From NCBI GenBank assembly GCA_001804285.1, contig MHFR01000016.1, forward strand, positions 13,975 through 77,974: a DNA stretch of 64,000 nt, given 5' to 3'. The notes below the pieces were generated by a model. The model saw only the letters and a program-made list of their open reading frames with translations. It did not search any database and was not told the origin of the DNA. The translations under genes and the position numbers were made by a program. The stretch's first letter is position 1. Each line of letters starts with the position of its first letter. Below are positions 37,555 through 48,379 of the stretch, one piece after another. Origin of the DNA: Candidatus Danuiimicrobium aquiferis. GTDB lineage: Bacteria > Omnitrophota > Omnitrophia > Omnitrophales > Danuiimicrobiaceae.

Positions 37555-40338
37555 ATGAAAGAAGAAATTGTTTTAACGGGTGTCCGTACTCACAATTTAA
37601 AAAATATCGATGTTGCCATTCCGCACCGGAAGATAACCGTTATAACGGGATTAAGCGGTTCCGGAAAATCATCGCTCGCATTTGATACCCTTTATGCGGA
37701 AGGCCGCCGACGGTATGTTGAATCGCTTTCAACCTATGCACGCCAATTTCTGGAAAGAATCGAAAAACCCGACTTAGATAGTGTTGCTGGGATGCTTCCT
37801 GCAATTGCGATTCAAGCGAAAAATGTCGTGACGAATGCGCGTTCAACCGTCGGTACGCAAACGGAGCTTCATGATTATTTCAGGCTTCTATATGCCCGAA
37901 TCGGGGTTACGTTATGTACGTCCTGCCATAAAAAAATAGAGGTGGATTCTGCTGAAAGTATTTACGAAAAGCTCGCCAAGTCTTTCGAGGAACAATTGGT
38001 AACGATTTCTTTTCCGTTTTCTGTTTCAAAAAAATCCATGAAGGTGACCGAAGGCGTGGTCCAGGAACTCGAGAAACAGGGCTTTTTATTTTTAATGCTC
38101 GGAGGGAAAAAGGTTGCGCTCGAAGAATTGCAAAAACAGCGCCTGAAACAAGTTAGAGATATGTTGATTGTGGCGGATGAAGTGGAGCTTAAACCGAGAA
38201 ATCGCAATCGAATCATTGATTCTCTTGAAAGTGCTCTCAGATTGGGAAAAGGATTCGTTTCTATTTTTTCTGAGCAGGGTAGTGAGTTTGTTGGGCAGAA
38301 ATTTTCCAGCCATTTCCGCTGTGCTCATTGCGATTTGGAATATCGCCTTGCGACACCAAATACATTTTCTTTTAATAATCCGCTCGGCGCTTGTCCGGAA
38401 TGTCAGGGGTTTGGGAGAGTGATTACGATTGATTGGAATCTGGTTGTTCCCAATCCACAGCTTTCAATTTCGGAAGGCGTCATTGAGCCATGGACCAAGC
38501 CAAGTGCCGTCAGGGAATTCCGACAGCTTAAAAAATTTTGCGAACACCGCCAAATACCAAAAGACGTTCCGTTTTCTCAACTCGCCGAGGAACAACGTCA
38601 GTGGATTTTAAAAGGAGGAAGTGGGGACGCAGATTATTTCAGCGTAGTCGATTTTTTTAAATATCTTGAGAAGAAAACTTATAAAATGCACATCCGGATT
38701 TTCTTAAGCAAATACCGCGGATATATTCCATGCGCCACTTGTTTGGGAAAACGGCTCAAGCCCGAAGCGCTTGCGGTAAAAGTTGACGGCAAGGATATTT
38801 CGGAATTGAGCGCTTTTACGATCTCGAATCTAAAGTCTTTTTTCGAAACATTGAAATTTTCCGAATATGATGAGAAGGTGGCAGAGCCGATTCTCCTTGA
38901 AATTCGGAAACGGCTTAATTTTTTGTACCATATCGGGTTGGGATATCTTTCACTGGATCGCTTATCGCGGACTTTATCCGGCGGAGAAGCACAGCGGATA
39001 CACCTGGCTTCTTCGCTCGGCTCTGCTCTGGTTGATACCCTTTATGTGTTGGACGAACCGAGTGTCGGGCTTCATGAACGCGATAACACCATGCTAATCA
39101 ACCTCCTCAGGGAACTTCGCGATTTGGGAAACACCGTTGTGGTGGTTGAACACGATAAAATGATGATTGAGGCCGCGGATTATATGATTGATCTTGGGCC
39201 GCTCAGCGGCGGGAAAGGCGGCGAAATTACGTTTGCCGGGCCGTTTGAAAATCTCAAATATGCGAAAGATTCATATACCGCGCGTTATTTTTCAGGTGAA
39301 TTTCAAATTAAACGCGGGAAGCCGTTTCTTGCCGAACCCGGCAGTGGAAGGACGATTTCAATTGACGGCGCGCGGCAGCATAATTTAAAAAATATTTCAG
39401 TTTCAATTCCTTTGCAACGGATGGTAGTGATTACCGGAGTTTCCGGTTCAGGGAAAAGCACGTTGATGTACGACATCCTTTACAATCATTATTTGCGTTA
39501 CCGGGGGAGGAAAGTCCAGGATGTCGGTGAAGTGAGGGGGGGCAAGGGGTTCGAATGCATTAAAGATATTTTATTGATCGACCAGTCACCGATCGGAAGA
39601 ACCCCTCGCTCAAATCCTGTCACGTACCTTAAAGCATTCGATTATATCCGGAAAGCATTCGCCGGTACGATTGATGCGAAGCGAAGGCATTTGACGGCCA
39701 GTGATTTCTCATTCAATGCAGGGAAAGGACGTTGCGAAGAGTGTGAAGGAGCTGGGGTGATGATGGTTGAAATGCATTTTTTGGCGGACATTTCAATGAC
39801 GTGTGAAGCGTGTGGCGGAACACGGTATCAATCGCGGGTTCTTGATGTTCGATACAAAGGTAAAAATATTCACGAAGTTTTAAATATGACGGTTGATGAG
39901 GCGTATGATTTCTTCGGAGATCTGAGAGCTCTTGTAGAGCGACTCTCGATATTAAAACAAGTCGGCCTTGGATATCTCCGACTGGGCCAGTCTGCGACGA
40001 CGCTTTCAGGCGGCGAGGCGCAAAGGCTCAAGCTTGCCTCTGAAATGGTAACGTCAAGCCAGGAAAATCTCCTCTATTTATTTGATGAGCCGACCACCGG
40101 ACTTCATTATCACGATATTGCTTCGCTTTTATCCTCTTTTGAAGTGTTGCTCAAACGCGGACATTCGCTTTGCATTATCGAACACAATATGGAAGTGATT
40201 AAATGCGCCGATTATATTATTGATCTTGGCCCAGAGGGCGGTGATTCCGGGGGAGAGGTCATTTATGCCGGGCCGCTTGAAGGGATCCTGAATGTCCCTA
40301 AATCATATACGGGCAAGGCTTTACGGAAATATATGTGA
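37555..40338 (+). CDS. uvrA: Excinuclease ABC subunit A
   Basis: Two ABC modules (GLSGSGKSS, GVSGSGKST, LSGGEAQR x2), zinc fingers, FSFN. Confidence 0.95.
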   Translation: MKEEIVLTGVRTHNLKNIDVAIPHRKITVITGLSGSGKSSLAFDTLYAEGRRRYVESLSTYARQFLERIEKPDLDSVAGMLPAIAIQAKNVVTNARSTVGTQTELHDYFRLLYARIGVTLCTSCHKKIEVDSAESIYEKLAKSFEEQLVTISFPFSVSKKSMKVTEGVVQELEKQGFLFLMLGGKKVALEELQKQRLKQVRDMLIVADEVELKPRNRNRIIDSLESALRLGKGFVSIFSEQGSEFVGQKFSSHFRCAHCDLEYRLATPNTFSFNNPLGACPECQGFGRVITIDWNLVVPNPQLSISEGVIEPWTKPSAVREFRQLKKFCEHRQIPKDVPFSQLAEEQRQWILKGGSGDADYFSVVDFFKYLEKKTYKMHIRIFLSKYRGYIPCATCLGKRLKPEALAVKVDGKDISELSAFTISNLKSFFETLKFSEYDEKVAEPILLEIRKRLNFLYHIGLGYLSLDRLSRTLSGGEAQRIHLASSLGSALVDTLYVLDEPSVGLHERDNTMLINLLRELRDLGNTVVVVEHDKMMIEAADYMIDLGPLSGGKGGEITFAGPFENLKYAKDSYTARYFSGEFQIKRGKPFLAEPGSGRTISIDGARQHNLKNISVSIPLQRMVVITGVSGSGKSTLMYDILYNHYLRYRGRKVQDVGEVRGGKGFECIKDILLIDQSPIGRTPRSNPVTYLKAFDYIRKAFAGTIDAKRRHLTASDFSFNAGKGRCEECEGAGVMMVEMHFLADISMTCEACGGTRYQSRVLDVRYKGKNIHEVLNMTVDEAYDFFGDLRALVERLSILKQVGLGYLRLGQSATTLSGGEAQRLKLASEMVTSSQENLLYLFDEPTTGLHYHDIASLLSSFEVLLKRGHSLCIIEHNMEVIKCADYIIDLGPEGGDSGGEVIYAGPLEGILNVPKSYTGKALRKYM

Positions 40339-40418
40339 CAATCAGCACATTTGACTTTTCTCCGTTTAGCAGCTATGTTTTATTATGATTTAATATTGTC
40401 AGGAGTTTAACCGTTAAT

Positions 40419-40763
40419 ATGATGAAATATCAAATTGATTTAAAGCGGATCATTTACGGAGCTGTTTTTGTTGTTTTCGCAGCTGTTTTATTTTTCAGGA
40501 TGCCGAATGGTTTTGGTGGTTTTCAGAGAGATTTGATCAAAGAAACCCAGACGGAACCGGTGCAGGTGACTGAAGAACTTTTGAAACGGGAATCCGAGAC
40601 GGGGCCGGCTTCGCCGACGTTTAAAATGCCGGATGCAAATCAATTTTTGACGGATAAACCCTACGAGGAAAGTCAGGAAGAAGAAGTTGTTACCGAAAAG
40701 AGCGAAGAAAAGACGAAATGGTGGGATAAATGGTTTAACTGGAACGACGAAAAGAATGAATAA
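40419..40763 (+). CDS. Small membrane-anchored hypothetical protein
   Basis: N-terminal TM, acidic tail; TTGACT-N17-TATGTT upstream (40351-40379). Confidence 0.65.
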   Translation: MMKYQIDLKRIIYGAVFVVFAAVLFFRMPNGFGGFQRDLIKETQTEPVQVTEELLKRESETGPASPTFKMPDANQFLTDKPYEESQEEEVVTEKSEEKTKWWDKWFNWNDEKNE

Positions 40764-40823
40764 TTCGTACTAACCTGTTATAAATCAATCATTTAAACAA
40801 AATTAACAAAATCTCGGGTGAAC

Positions 40824-40852
40824 TTGACATTATTTGGGATAAACGCTATTCT
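40824..40852 (+). promoter_or_regulatory. sigma70 promoter
   Basis: TTGACA-N17-TATTCT. Confidence 0.65.
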
Positions 40853-40926
40853 TTAGGAAGTTAGGATGAATAAGAAGCATCCTGCCAAGAGATAAAATCT
40901 TTTAACCATCGAATGGATGTGAGGAA

Positions 40927-42600
40927 ATGAGCAAATTCGGCAGACGTTTTAAAATGAATCTTATGAATCATTGGGTGAAGCTTGCGATCACTCTTTCGGT
41001 CGTGATTATGATAGGGCTCTCCATTTGGGGAATGGCTTCTCTGGAAAGCTATTACCGGAACATCACGCTTGCGACGATGCCGATTAATATGCTGATGATG
41101 GCGGTCAATGCCGTCGTTTTTGTCTTCTTATATACCATGGTGATGCAGGGCGGTTTTTCCAAGATAGATACGAAAAGTGTCAATGCCAAGGAAGTGAATA
41201 TTAAATTCAGCGACGTTGTCGGCATGGACGAAGCAAAGGAAGAAGCATGGGAAGTTGTTCAGCTAATCAAAGATCATTCCAAGCTGAAAAAAATTGGGGG
41301 AAAGATTCTTCGGGGAATTCTAATGTTGGGGCCTCCGGGATGCGGGAAAACGTATCTTGCCAAAGCAATTGCGACCGAAGCGGGCCTGCCGTTTCTTTCA
41401 ATGTCAGCCAGTGAATTTGTTGAGGTTTTTGTCGGAGTCGGCGCTTCCCGCGTGAGAAAATTATTTAAAAAAGCGCGCCAACTTGCTTATGGTTTCGGCG
41501 GCTGCATCATTTTCGTTGATGAATTGGATGCCGTTGGGCGTAATCGAGCGTTTAATCAATTTGGAGGATCCGAAACCAATACGACACTCAATCAATTGCT
41601 TGTGGGGATGGACGGACTCGACAGCCAGCAGGAAAATGTTATTGTGATTGGGGCGACAAACGCGCCTGAAGACTCGTTAGACGCGGCACTTCTCCGTCCC
41701 GGGCGATTTGACCGGAAGGTTTATGTGGTGAGGCCGAATTTAGAAGACCGCGCGAAAATGTTTGCGTATTACTTGGAGAAAGTAAAACACGATTCCTCGA
41801 TTGATGTTGCCGTCTTAGCACGCAAAGCCATCGGGAAATCTCCGGCGGAAATTGAGAATATTGTGAAAGAATCCGCTTTGATTTCAGTCCGAAAAGGCCT
41901 AGATGTGATTACGTATAAAGAAATTACGGAAGCAGTCGAGCGGATCGAGCTTGGAATTAAGAATAAAATTAAAATGAATCCACGCGAGCGGGAAATGGTG
42001 GCATATCATGAAACCGGTCATTTGATGGTGACTTATTTGCTACATCCGCGCGACGATGTGTTCAAAGCGTCGATTATCCCAAGGCGAAGTTCTCTGGGGG
42101 TTGTTCACCCGACACCGCGCGAAGAATGGTTTGTGCATGATCGTGAGGCGATTTCAGCGGATATTAAGGTTTGTGTTGCGAGCTATGTCGCTGAAAGGCT
42201 TAAATTTAATACGACCACGAGCGGTGTTTCAGCAGATTTTCAACATGCGATGAGGATTGCGCACCAGATGGTTTGGAAGCTCGGGATGGGGCCATCCGGT
42301 TATATTGGGGATTATTCCTCTATTCCCGAAAACCAGCTTGCTGAAACGATCAAAACCAAACTAAACGATGACACCAATAAAATCCTGAAGGATTGTATGG
42401 ATGAGTGCGAAGCGCTCCTGAAGAAAGAAAATGAGATTTTTGAAAGGTTCGCGCACGAGCTTTTAGTCAAAGATGAGCTTGAATATGATGAAATTGAAGC
42501 GATTTTTAATGAGTACGGCAAGTCAAATCCGAGAATTTTTGGCGGGAAAGGGACCAGTTTTGATAAGGGGCCCGGAACCGATTCTCAGCAAAAGACGTAG
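40927..42600 (+). CDS. ftsH: FtsH-like AAA+ zinc metalloprotease with very short extracytoplasmic loop
   Basis: 2 [31 protein letters not shown]. Confidence 0.85.
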   Translation: MSKFGRRFKMNLMNHWVKLAITLSVVIMIGLSIWGMASLESYYRNITLATMPINMLMMAVNAVVFVFLYTMVMQGGFSKIDTKSVNAKEVNIKFSDVVGMDEAKEEAWEVVQLIKDHSKLKKIGGKILRGILMLGPPGCGKTYLAKAIATEAGLPFLSMSASEFVEVFVGVGASRVRKLFKKARQLAYGFGGCIIFVDELDAVGRNRAFNQFGGSETNTTLNQLLVGMDGLDSQQENVIVIGATNAPEDSLDAALLRPGRFDRKVYVVRPNLEDRAKMFAYYLEKVKHDSSIDVAVLARKAIGKSPAEIENIVKESALISVRKGLDVITYKEITEAVERIELGIKNKIKMNPREREMVAYHETGHLMVTYLLHPRDDVFKASIIPRRSSLGVVHPTPREEWFVHDREAISADIKVCVASYVAERLKFNTTTSGVSADFQHAMRIAHQMVWKLGMGPSGYIGDYSSIPENQLAETIKTKLNDDTNKILKDCMDECEALLKKENEIFERFAHELLVKDELEYDEIEAIFNEYGKSNPRIFGGKGTSFDKGPGTDSQQKT

Positions 42601-42616
42601 GGAATGAACGGAATTT

Positions 42617-42653
42617 AAAAAACGCGGAGCATGACCTGCTCCGCGTTTTTTTT
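42617..42653 (+). terminator. Rho-independent terminator
   Basis: aaaaaa cgcggagca-tgacc-tgctccgcg tttttttt. Confidence 0.85.
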
Positions 42654-42680
42654 AGAGAAAAAATTTAAAAATAAATCAAA

Positions 42681-44105
42681 ATGATAAATCAAAAACTCAA
42701 TATTGCATTTCTTTTGTTATTGCTTTCTTTTGCCACTTTTGTCGGTTGCGGGAAGGCGACCTATGATGAGCAAAATATCATCAAGGAAATGAAAAAAATC
42801 TGCTTGGAAGAGTATAAGGTTTCTGATGTTGAGGTGAAAATTGTCGGGAAAACAATAGGTGTTTTTCTTCCGTTAGAGCGCCTTTTTGAAAGTGATATTA
42901 AGAAGATGATTCTTTCCGGAAAAACCACTAATTTGGATTCTCTGTTTGTTCCGCTTCCGGACGCGATGGATAAATTAAATGATGTTCTTTTTACAACGGC
43001 ACGCGTTGTGCTGAGTTCGGATATCGGGCTTGAATTTTATCAGCTCTATGTCTCGGATGTTGAATCGACAGGCCTCCAGATTGTGTTGACCGGTTATATT
43101 CCGGACCTTGACCGGATGCGAATGTGGGACATTCCCCATTCAGAGTATCGAAAACGTGTGCTGCATGATTTAAAGTTGAATCGGGCGTTGCTTTGGGAGA
43201 GACCCGTTCGGAACTTATTCCGTGACGCCGGAAAAATAAGTTCTTTTGAAGCGCTGAGTGTCTATTTTTCAGAACCGCCAAAGCCATTGACTGTGTCACC
43301 TTTATTTTATAATTTTTTAACGGAAATTCAGAACAAGAAAAATTTAAAGATTGATCTCCAAACAGTCAAGGGCCGAACTTACTTTGGGAATCAAGGATTG
43401 ATTTACGTGAAGCTTGTCGAGACGTACGAACCGAAAGATGGAACGAATCCTTCGGGGATTTCTTACCCGTCCGGATCCGAGCTCGAATATATCTTTATTG
43501 TGGATATGATTGAAGAGACGTTTAAAATTACGCAAGTTATTCCGCTGTATTATTTGGATGAAAACCGGCAGCTTAAAAAAATTGCATTCCCAAAGGAGTT
43601 GGATTTATATCAGAATTTGGAATCGTGGCCGGATCATTTTGAAATTGAAGACATTAATATGGGAGAATTCATCGCGATACAACTCGCCCGTCGCATGCAG
43701 AATCTTCTGGCCGAGGATGAGCGGATTCGAAATACGATGACGATGGCTCAAGTGAATATTTCATATTTGCACCATCCGAAAGATATCGGGCCCATTCGGA
43801 AAGAACCGTATTTCAGCATTCAAATGGATTTTGAGCCAAAAAACAGCGGTGCGGGAAATGCGAAAGAATTGCCCTCGGGAACTTTTCTTGAAAACGAAGA
43901 TACGCGTTACGCGGCTGCTTTAGTGATGAAAGAATTCGTAGATGTGATCAGAAGTTACCGTTTTTCCCAATACGGTTATGTTGAGATTTTGGGACTTCAT
44001 CAGGAGTTATCAAAAAATTTTGGAATTTCTTTAGAAAATCTCGAGCTCTTCAGAAAAAAGCAGCTTAATATTAAAGAGCTTTTTGAGGCCGGTTTTAGTT
44101 TATAA
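42681..44105 (+). CDS. Hypothetical lipoprotein
   Basis: Signal peptide with FVGC lipobox; 474 aa ORF. Confidence 0.7.
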   Translation: MINQKLNIAFLLLLLSFATFVGCGKATYDEQNIIKEMKKICLEEYKVSDVEVKIVGKTIGVFLPLERLFESDIKKMILSGKTTNLDSLFVPLPDAMDKLNDVLFTTARVVLSSDIGLEFYQLYVSDVESTGLQIVLTGYIPDLDRMRMWDIPHSEYRKRVLHDLKLNRALLWERPVRNLFRDAGKISSFEALSVYFSEPPKPLTVSPLFYNFLTEIQNKKNLKIDLQTVKGRTYFGNQGLIYVKLVETYEPKDGTNPSGISYPSGSELEYIFIVDMIEETFKITQVIPLYYLDENRQLKKIAFPKELDLYQNLESWPDHFEIEDINMGEFIAIQLARRMQNLLAEDERIRNTMTMAQVNISYLHHPKDIGPIRKEPYFSIQMDFEPKNSGAGNAKELPSGTFLENEDTRYAAALVMKEFVDVIRSYRFSQYGYVEILGLHQELSKNFGISLENLELFRKKQLNIKELFEAGFSL

Positions 44106-44167
44106 CCTCCTTCCTGTTTAATTCCGGATATTTCTTAAACCTCCGGTTTGTAATAGCTTACATTTTC

Positions 44168-44197
44168 TTGAAAACCGGTTTGAATTTGTGATATCAT
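44168..44197 (+). promoter_or_regulatory. Probable hrcA operon promoter
   Basis: TTGAAA-N18-TATCAT with extended TG, directly before the CIRCE left arm. Confidence 0.55.
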
Positions 44198-44206
44198 TTA
44201 CCCTCA

Positions 44207-44336
44207 TTAGCATTCAAATGGTTAGCCCGGATTTCTCATCGTTAATAAGAAATTCCTTTGGGCGTAACTGATACGGCCCAAAGCGGCTTTCTCGTCGATT
44301 CGCAAAATCGATGAGAAAGGCGGGTTAGAGTGCTAA
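44207..44336 (+). promoter_or_regulatory. CIRCE operator interrupted by a 103-bp insertion
   Basis: TTAGCATTC (44207-44215) and GAGTGCTAA (44328-44336); removing the insert restores a 9-nt spacer. Confidence 0.85.
44226..44324. mobile_element. MITE with TTAG target duplication
   Basis: TIR CCCGGATTTCTCATCG / CGATGAGAAAGGCGGG flanked by TTAG; homologous inverted copy at 51361-51547. Confidence 0.8.
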
Positions 44337-44350
44337 CTGGGTTGTGCCTG

Positions 44351-44450
44351 TTTAGCGTTTTGAAGTTGACGCGCCTCCCTCACCCTAACCCTCTCCCTGA
44401 GGGAGAGGGCAGGGGTGAGGGAGATTTGTTAATCACTTCAAAATGCTAAA
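44351..44450. mobile_element. MITE-like element enclosing a CCCTCACCC-type palindrome
   Basis: tttagcgttttgaagt ... acttcaaaatgctaaa. Confidence 0.65.
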
Positions 44451-44514
44451 CTAATACACTGGGTTAGGGATGAGAAATCCGGGCTAATTTGATCAGGTTT
44501 TATTAGGAGAGGAA

Positions 44515-45555
44515 ATGGAAGAGCTTTCAGAAAGGCAAAAACGAATTTTAGGATCTATTGTTGAAATGTATGTTTCAACCGTCAATCCTGTGGGCTCAAA
44601 CTCGATTATTGGATTTTCCCGGGACCGGATTTCCTCCGCGACGATTCGAAATGAAATGCATGAGCTTGAGAAATTGGGTTACGTGACACATCCCCATACG
44701 TCTGCTGGGCGGATGCCGACTGATAAAGGATATCGCTACTACGTTGACTGTCTTCTTCGCGGAGTGAGATTGAATTCACGCGACGCCATGAAGATTGCGC
44801 AAGAATTTGAAGCCAATCTTTCGAGTGTTGAAAGTTTGATGGAACGAACAACAAAAATTCTTTCTACGATTTCAGAACAAGTGGGAATGGTGGTGTTTCC
44901 TTCTTTTGAAACGCTTGTCTTAAAGAAAATCGAATTAACGATACTGAGCCGTGGATATTTACTTGTTGTTTGGGTGACGCAGAACGGATTTATTCAGAAT
45001 CGCGTTGTGGATATGAAAGAAGAAATTTTGGAAGCAGAATTAGCGCGCATCTGCCATTTTTTAAATGAAGAATTGCATGGGATGCCCTTAAGCGATATTG
45101 AGTTTTATTTAACTCGTAAACTTGAAGAAGTTCACGATTCCCTTCACAAGCTTTATGAAGAAGCACGGTCGATTATTCAAAATAGTTTTCCGCGCGAAAT
45201 GCCGGGCCGGTTAAGGATTGAAGGATCTCATTATGTTTTAGAAAAGCCCGAATTCGAAAATTGGGAAAAATCGAAGCGGTTTCTTAAAATGGTTGAGGAG
45301 CGGGAATCTCTTTTAGATTTCATTCAGCAAAGCGTAAGGCCGGAACCGGGGGTTCAGGTTTATATCGGTGAAGAGCATAACTGTGAAGATATTCGAGATT
45401 GTTCGCTTGTCACGGCGCCTTATTTTGTCCGCCGCCGCGTGCTTGGCTCTGTCGCAGTTTTGGGGCCTCGTCGCATGGCCTATAACCGGATCATTTCGAT
45501 TGTCGGTTGTGTGGCTGACCGGTTGAGCAGCGAATTGGAACATTGGTCCGTGTAA
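44515..45555 (+). CDS. hrcA: Heat-inducible transcription repressor
   Basis: PVGS, SSATIRNEM, HPHTSAGRMPTDKGYRYYVD, VLGPRRMAY. Confidence 0.97.
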   Translation: MEELSERQKRILGSIVEMYVSTVNPVGSNSIIGFSRDRISSATIRNEMHELEKLGYVTHPHTSAGRMPTDKGYRYYVDCLLRGVRLNSRDAMKIAQEFEANLSSVESLMERTTKILSTISEQVGMVVFPSFETLVLKKIELTILSRGYLLVVWVTQNGFIQNRVVDMKEEILEAELARICHFLNEELHGMPLSDIEFYLTRKLEEVHDSLHKLYEEARSIIQNSFPREMPGRLRIEGSHYVLEKPEFENWEKSKRFLKMVEERESLLDFIQQSVRPEPGVQVYIGEEHNCEDIRDCSLVTAPYFVRRRVLGSVAVLGPRRMAYNRIISIVGCVADRLSSELEHWSV

Positions 45556-45594
45556 GCAATCGTTAAAGAGCAGCATTTTTTAAAGGTGATTCAA

Positions 45595-46290
45595 ATGAAG
45601 CCGAAGGAAAAAAACGAATTTAATAAGGACGAAAAAAAGAAAAGCAGGGAGCCCATTCCACCCGAAAATTCCGGCCATGAAATTTGTGACGAGGCGGAAG
45701 AGAATAAAACGGACGGGAAGGAAGCTTCAAATGAAAAGGTTGAATTGAATCGTGAAGAATATGATCAGTTGCTGACAACCGTGAGCGAGGCGAGTCAATT
45801 GAAGGATCGCTTTTTGCGTTCAGCTGCTGATTTTGAGAATGCGAAAAAACGGCTCTTGAAGGAAAAAGAAGATTTTATTAAATACGCGCTCGAATCATTT
45901 ATTTATGAATTGCTTCCGGTCCTTGATAATTTCGAAAGGGCGGTCAACCACACGGATGAAAACGATCCCAAAACGAAAGCGCTGTACGAAGGTTTCCGCT
46001 TAATTGAAAAGCAATTCATGATGGTGCTTGCGGTTCGCGGGCTTAAACGAATTGATGCGCTGAAAAAACCATTTGATCCCAATTTACACGAAGCTGTTGG
46101 ACATGTGATTTCCGAAGCGGATCCTGAAGGGACTGTGATGGAGGAAATGGTTGCCGGTTACGAATTGAACGGACGATTGATTCGCCCGGCGAAAGTGAAA
46201 ATTTCAAAAAAAGCTGAAGCGAGTTCCGGACAAACTCGGGAAAATGATCGAATTCATTTAGAAGAGGAAAAGAAAGAAGAGCTCACCTGA
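45595..46290 (+). CDS. grpE: Nucleotide exchange factor GrpE
   Basis: [46 protein letters not shown]. Confidence 0.96.
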   Translation: MKPKEKNEFNKDEKKKSREPIPPENSGHEICDEAEENKTDGKEASNEKVELNREEYDQLLTTVSEASQLKDRFLRSAADFENAKKRLLKEKEDFIKYALESFIYELLPVLDNFERAVNHTDENDPKTKALYEGFRLIEKQFMMVLAVRGLKRIDALKKPFDPNLHEAVGHVISEADPEGTVMEEMVAGYELNGRLIRPAKVKISKKAEASSGQTRENDRIHLEEEKKEELT

Positions 46291-47411
46291 TGGCTTCCGG
46301 AACGAATAAACGGGATTATTATGAGGTGCTTGGGGTGTCCCGCAGTGCTTCTCAAGACGAAATCAAAAAAGCATATCGGCAACTTGCTCTGAAATATCAT
46401 CCGGATCGTAATCATGAGGATAAACATGCGGAAACGCTTTTCAAGGAAGCAGCCGAAGCCTATGCGGTTTTAAGTGATTCTGAGAAGCGGGCCCAGTATG
46501 ATAAATATGGCCATTCACTCGGAGGTTCCGGATTTCACGGATTTCAAGGGTTTGAAAATTCGTTTACGGATTTCAGCGATGTTATTGGAGACTTGTTTGA
46601 AAATTTTTTTGGGGGGGGATCATCCCGTAGTCATGGCGGAAAGCGCGGACGACGCGGTTCGGACTTAGAATATCCCGTTGAAATTACGCTTGAGGAAGCG
46701 CAGAAAGGAAAAGAGTACCCGATTGAATTCGAACGGGCTGAAATTTGCGAGCGGTGTGCTGGATCGGGAGCGGATACGGATAGCAAAAAAATATCTTGCA
46801 AGACATGCGCGGGTTACGGGGAAGTTCGGATTTCTCAAGGTTTTTTTCAAGTCCAGCGAACATGTCCGGACTGTCACGGTGAAGGAGAAATTATTTCAAA
46901 GCCGTGCAAGGATTGTCATGGTGCCGGGCGGGCAAAAAAAACACGAAAATTAAGTTTGAAAATTCCCGCCGGAGTTGACGATGCTTCTTGTCTCAAACTC
47001 GGAGCTGAAGGAGAAGCCGGCCAAAAGGGGGGGGCTCGTGGCGACCTTTATGTTTATATTCATGTTAAGCCGCATGCCTTATTTGAGCGTTCCGGGAATG
47101 ATATTTATTTACAAATGAAAATTGAAATGCATCAGGCCGCGCTCGGAACGGAAATCGAAGTGCCGGTGCTGGATGGCAAACAGATGCTCAAGATTCCGGC
47201 TGGAACACAACCGGAACAAACATTTTGTCTCAGAGGAAAAGGAATGCCGGACTTGCGCGGTCGTAGTCTTGGAGACCAGATTGTTCGGATTAAAGTTGAG
47301 ACACCTGCTCGATTGTCCCGCGAAGAGTGTGAACTATTGGAACAATATGCAGCTTTGAGAGAAAAATCCGGAAATAAAGGGAAAAGTTTTTTTGAACGGT
47401 GGAAAAAATAG
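46290..47411 (+). CDS. dnaJ: Chaperone DnaJ
   Basis: J domain with HPD, G/F region, four CxxCxGxG. Confidence 0.97.
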   Translation: MASGTNKRDYYEVLGVSRSASQDEIKKAYRQLALKYHPDRNHEDKHAETLFKEAAEAYAVLSDSEKRAQYDKYGHSLGGSGFHGFQGFENSFTDFSDVIGDLFENFFGGGSSRSHGGKRGRRGSDLEYPVEITLEEAQKGKEYPIEFERAEICERCAGSGADTDSKKISCKTCAGYGEVRISQGFFQVQRTCPDCHGEGEIISKPCKDCHGAGRAKKTRKLSLKIPAGVDDASCLKLGAEGEAGQKGGARGDLYVYIHVKPHALFERSGNDIYLQMKIEMHQAALGTEIEVPVLDGKQMLKIPAGTQPEQTFCLRGKGMPDLRGRSLGDQIVRIKVETPARLSREECELLEQYAALREKSGNKGKSFFERWKK

Positions 47412-47488
47412 ATTTGAATTTAGAACGTTGGTTTAGAACAAAGTAATATTTTTTCATTTTAAACTTTTGATAAGGAGTTAAGCTCTCC

Positions 47489-47767
47489 ATGCCAACATAT
47501 GAATACGAATGTCAGTCTTGTCAACATCGGTTCGATCGTTTCCAATCGATTAAAGAAGAGCCGGTCAAAAAATGTCCCAAGTGTAAAGGCAAGGTCCGGA
47601 GATTGATTAGTGCGGGGGCCGGGTTTCTTTTTAAAGGAAGCGGTTTTTATCAGACGGACTACCGTTCGGACTCGTACAAAAAGAAAGCGGCGGCTGAAAA
47701 AACGCCGTGTCCTTCAGCGAAGACAGATGGTTCGTGTGCTTCGTGCCCGAAAAATATAAAAAAGTAA
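47489..47767 (+). CDS. FmdB-family zinc ribbon protein
   Basis: MPTYEYECQSC...CPKC, FKGSGFYQTDY. Confidence 0.9.
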   Translation: MPTYEYECQSCQHRFDRFQSIKEEPVKKCPKCKGKVRRLISAGAGFLFKGSGFYQTDYRSDSYKKKAAAEKTPCPSAKTDGSCASCPKNIKK

Positions 47768-47904
47768 TGAGTCAATGAGTCGGGATGCAGGTTGATCCCA
47801 CCACCTGTTTGTCGCGCGATTCCTAAATCGCGGTAAATTTTTCAATAAAGGCAAAAGTGACGACAGGTTGGATAAAAATCGCTTTTGCGCAAACAGGTGG
47901 TGGG

Positions 47905-48372
47905 ATGAAAATTTTTGATTATCAAACCCGTGTTCGATATGCCGAAACCGACCAAATGCATGTGAGCTATTATGCCAATTACTTCGTTTGGTTTGAGGCG
48001 GCCCGAACAGAATACTTTCGCGCGATCGGGCTGGTGTATGCTGATTTTGAAAAACAGGGGCTATTCCTTCCGGTAGCCGAAGCACATTGCCGGTATCTTG
48101 GGCCGAGCTGCTATGACGATGCGCTTGTGGTTCGTACGGTTGTGAGTCAGATGCGCCAAAGGTCGCTCCGGTTCGAGTATCAAATCTTTAAAAATCTTCC
48201 TCAAGTCGCCAATCCTTTTGAAGGTGCAAAGCCGATTGCGGCAGGTTATACTGTCCACGTGTTTAGCGATGCCAACTTAAAGCCGGCTCGTATTCCGGAT
48301 GCGCTTCGATCGAAGGTTGAGTTGGCCAGCTTGGATATGTCACAATCAGTCAGGCGATCAAATTTCCGATAG
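47905..48372 (+). CDS. Acyl-CoA thioesterase (YbgC/FadM family)
   Basis: RVRYAETDQM...YYANYFVWFEAAR. Confidence 0.9.
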   Translation: MKIFDYQTRVRYAETDQMHVSYYANYFVWFEAARTEYFRAIGLVYADFEKQGLFLPVAEAHCRYLGPSCYDDALVVRTVVSQMRQRSLRFEYQIFKNLPQVANPFEGAKPIAAGYTVHVFSDANLKPARIPDALRSKVELASLDMSQSVRRSNFR

Positions 48373-48379
48373 AGGCCGC

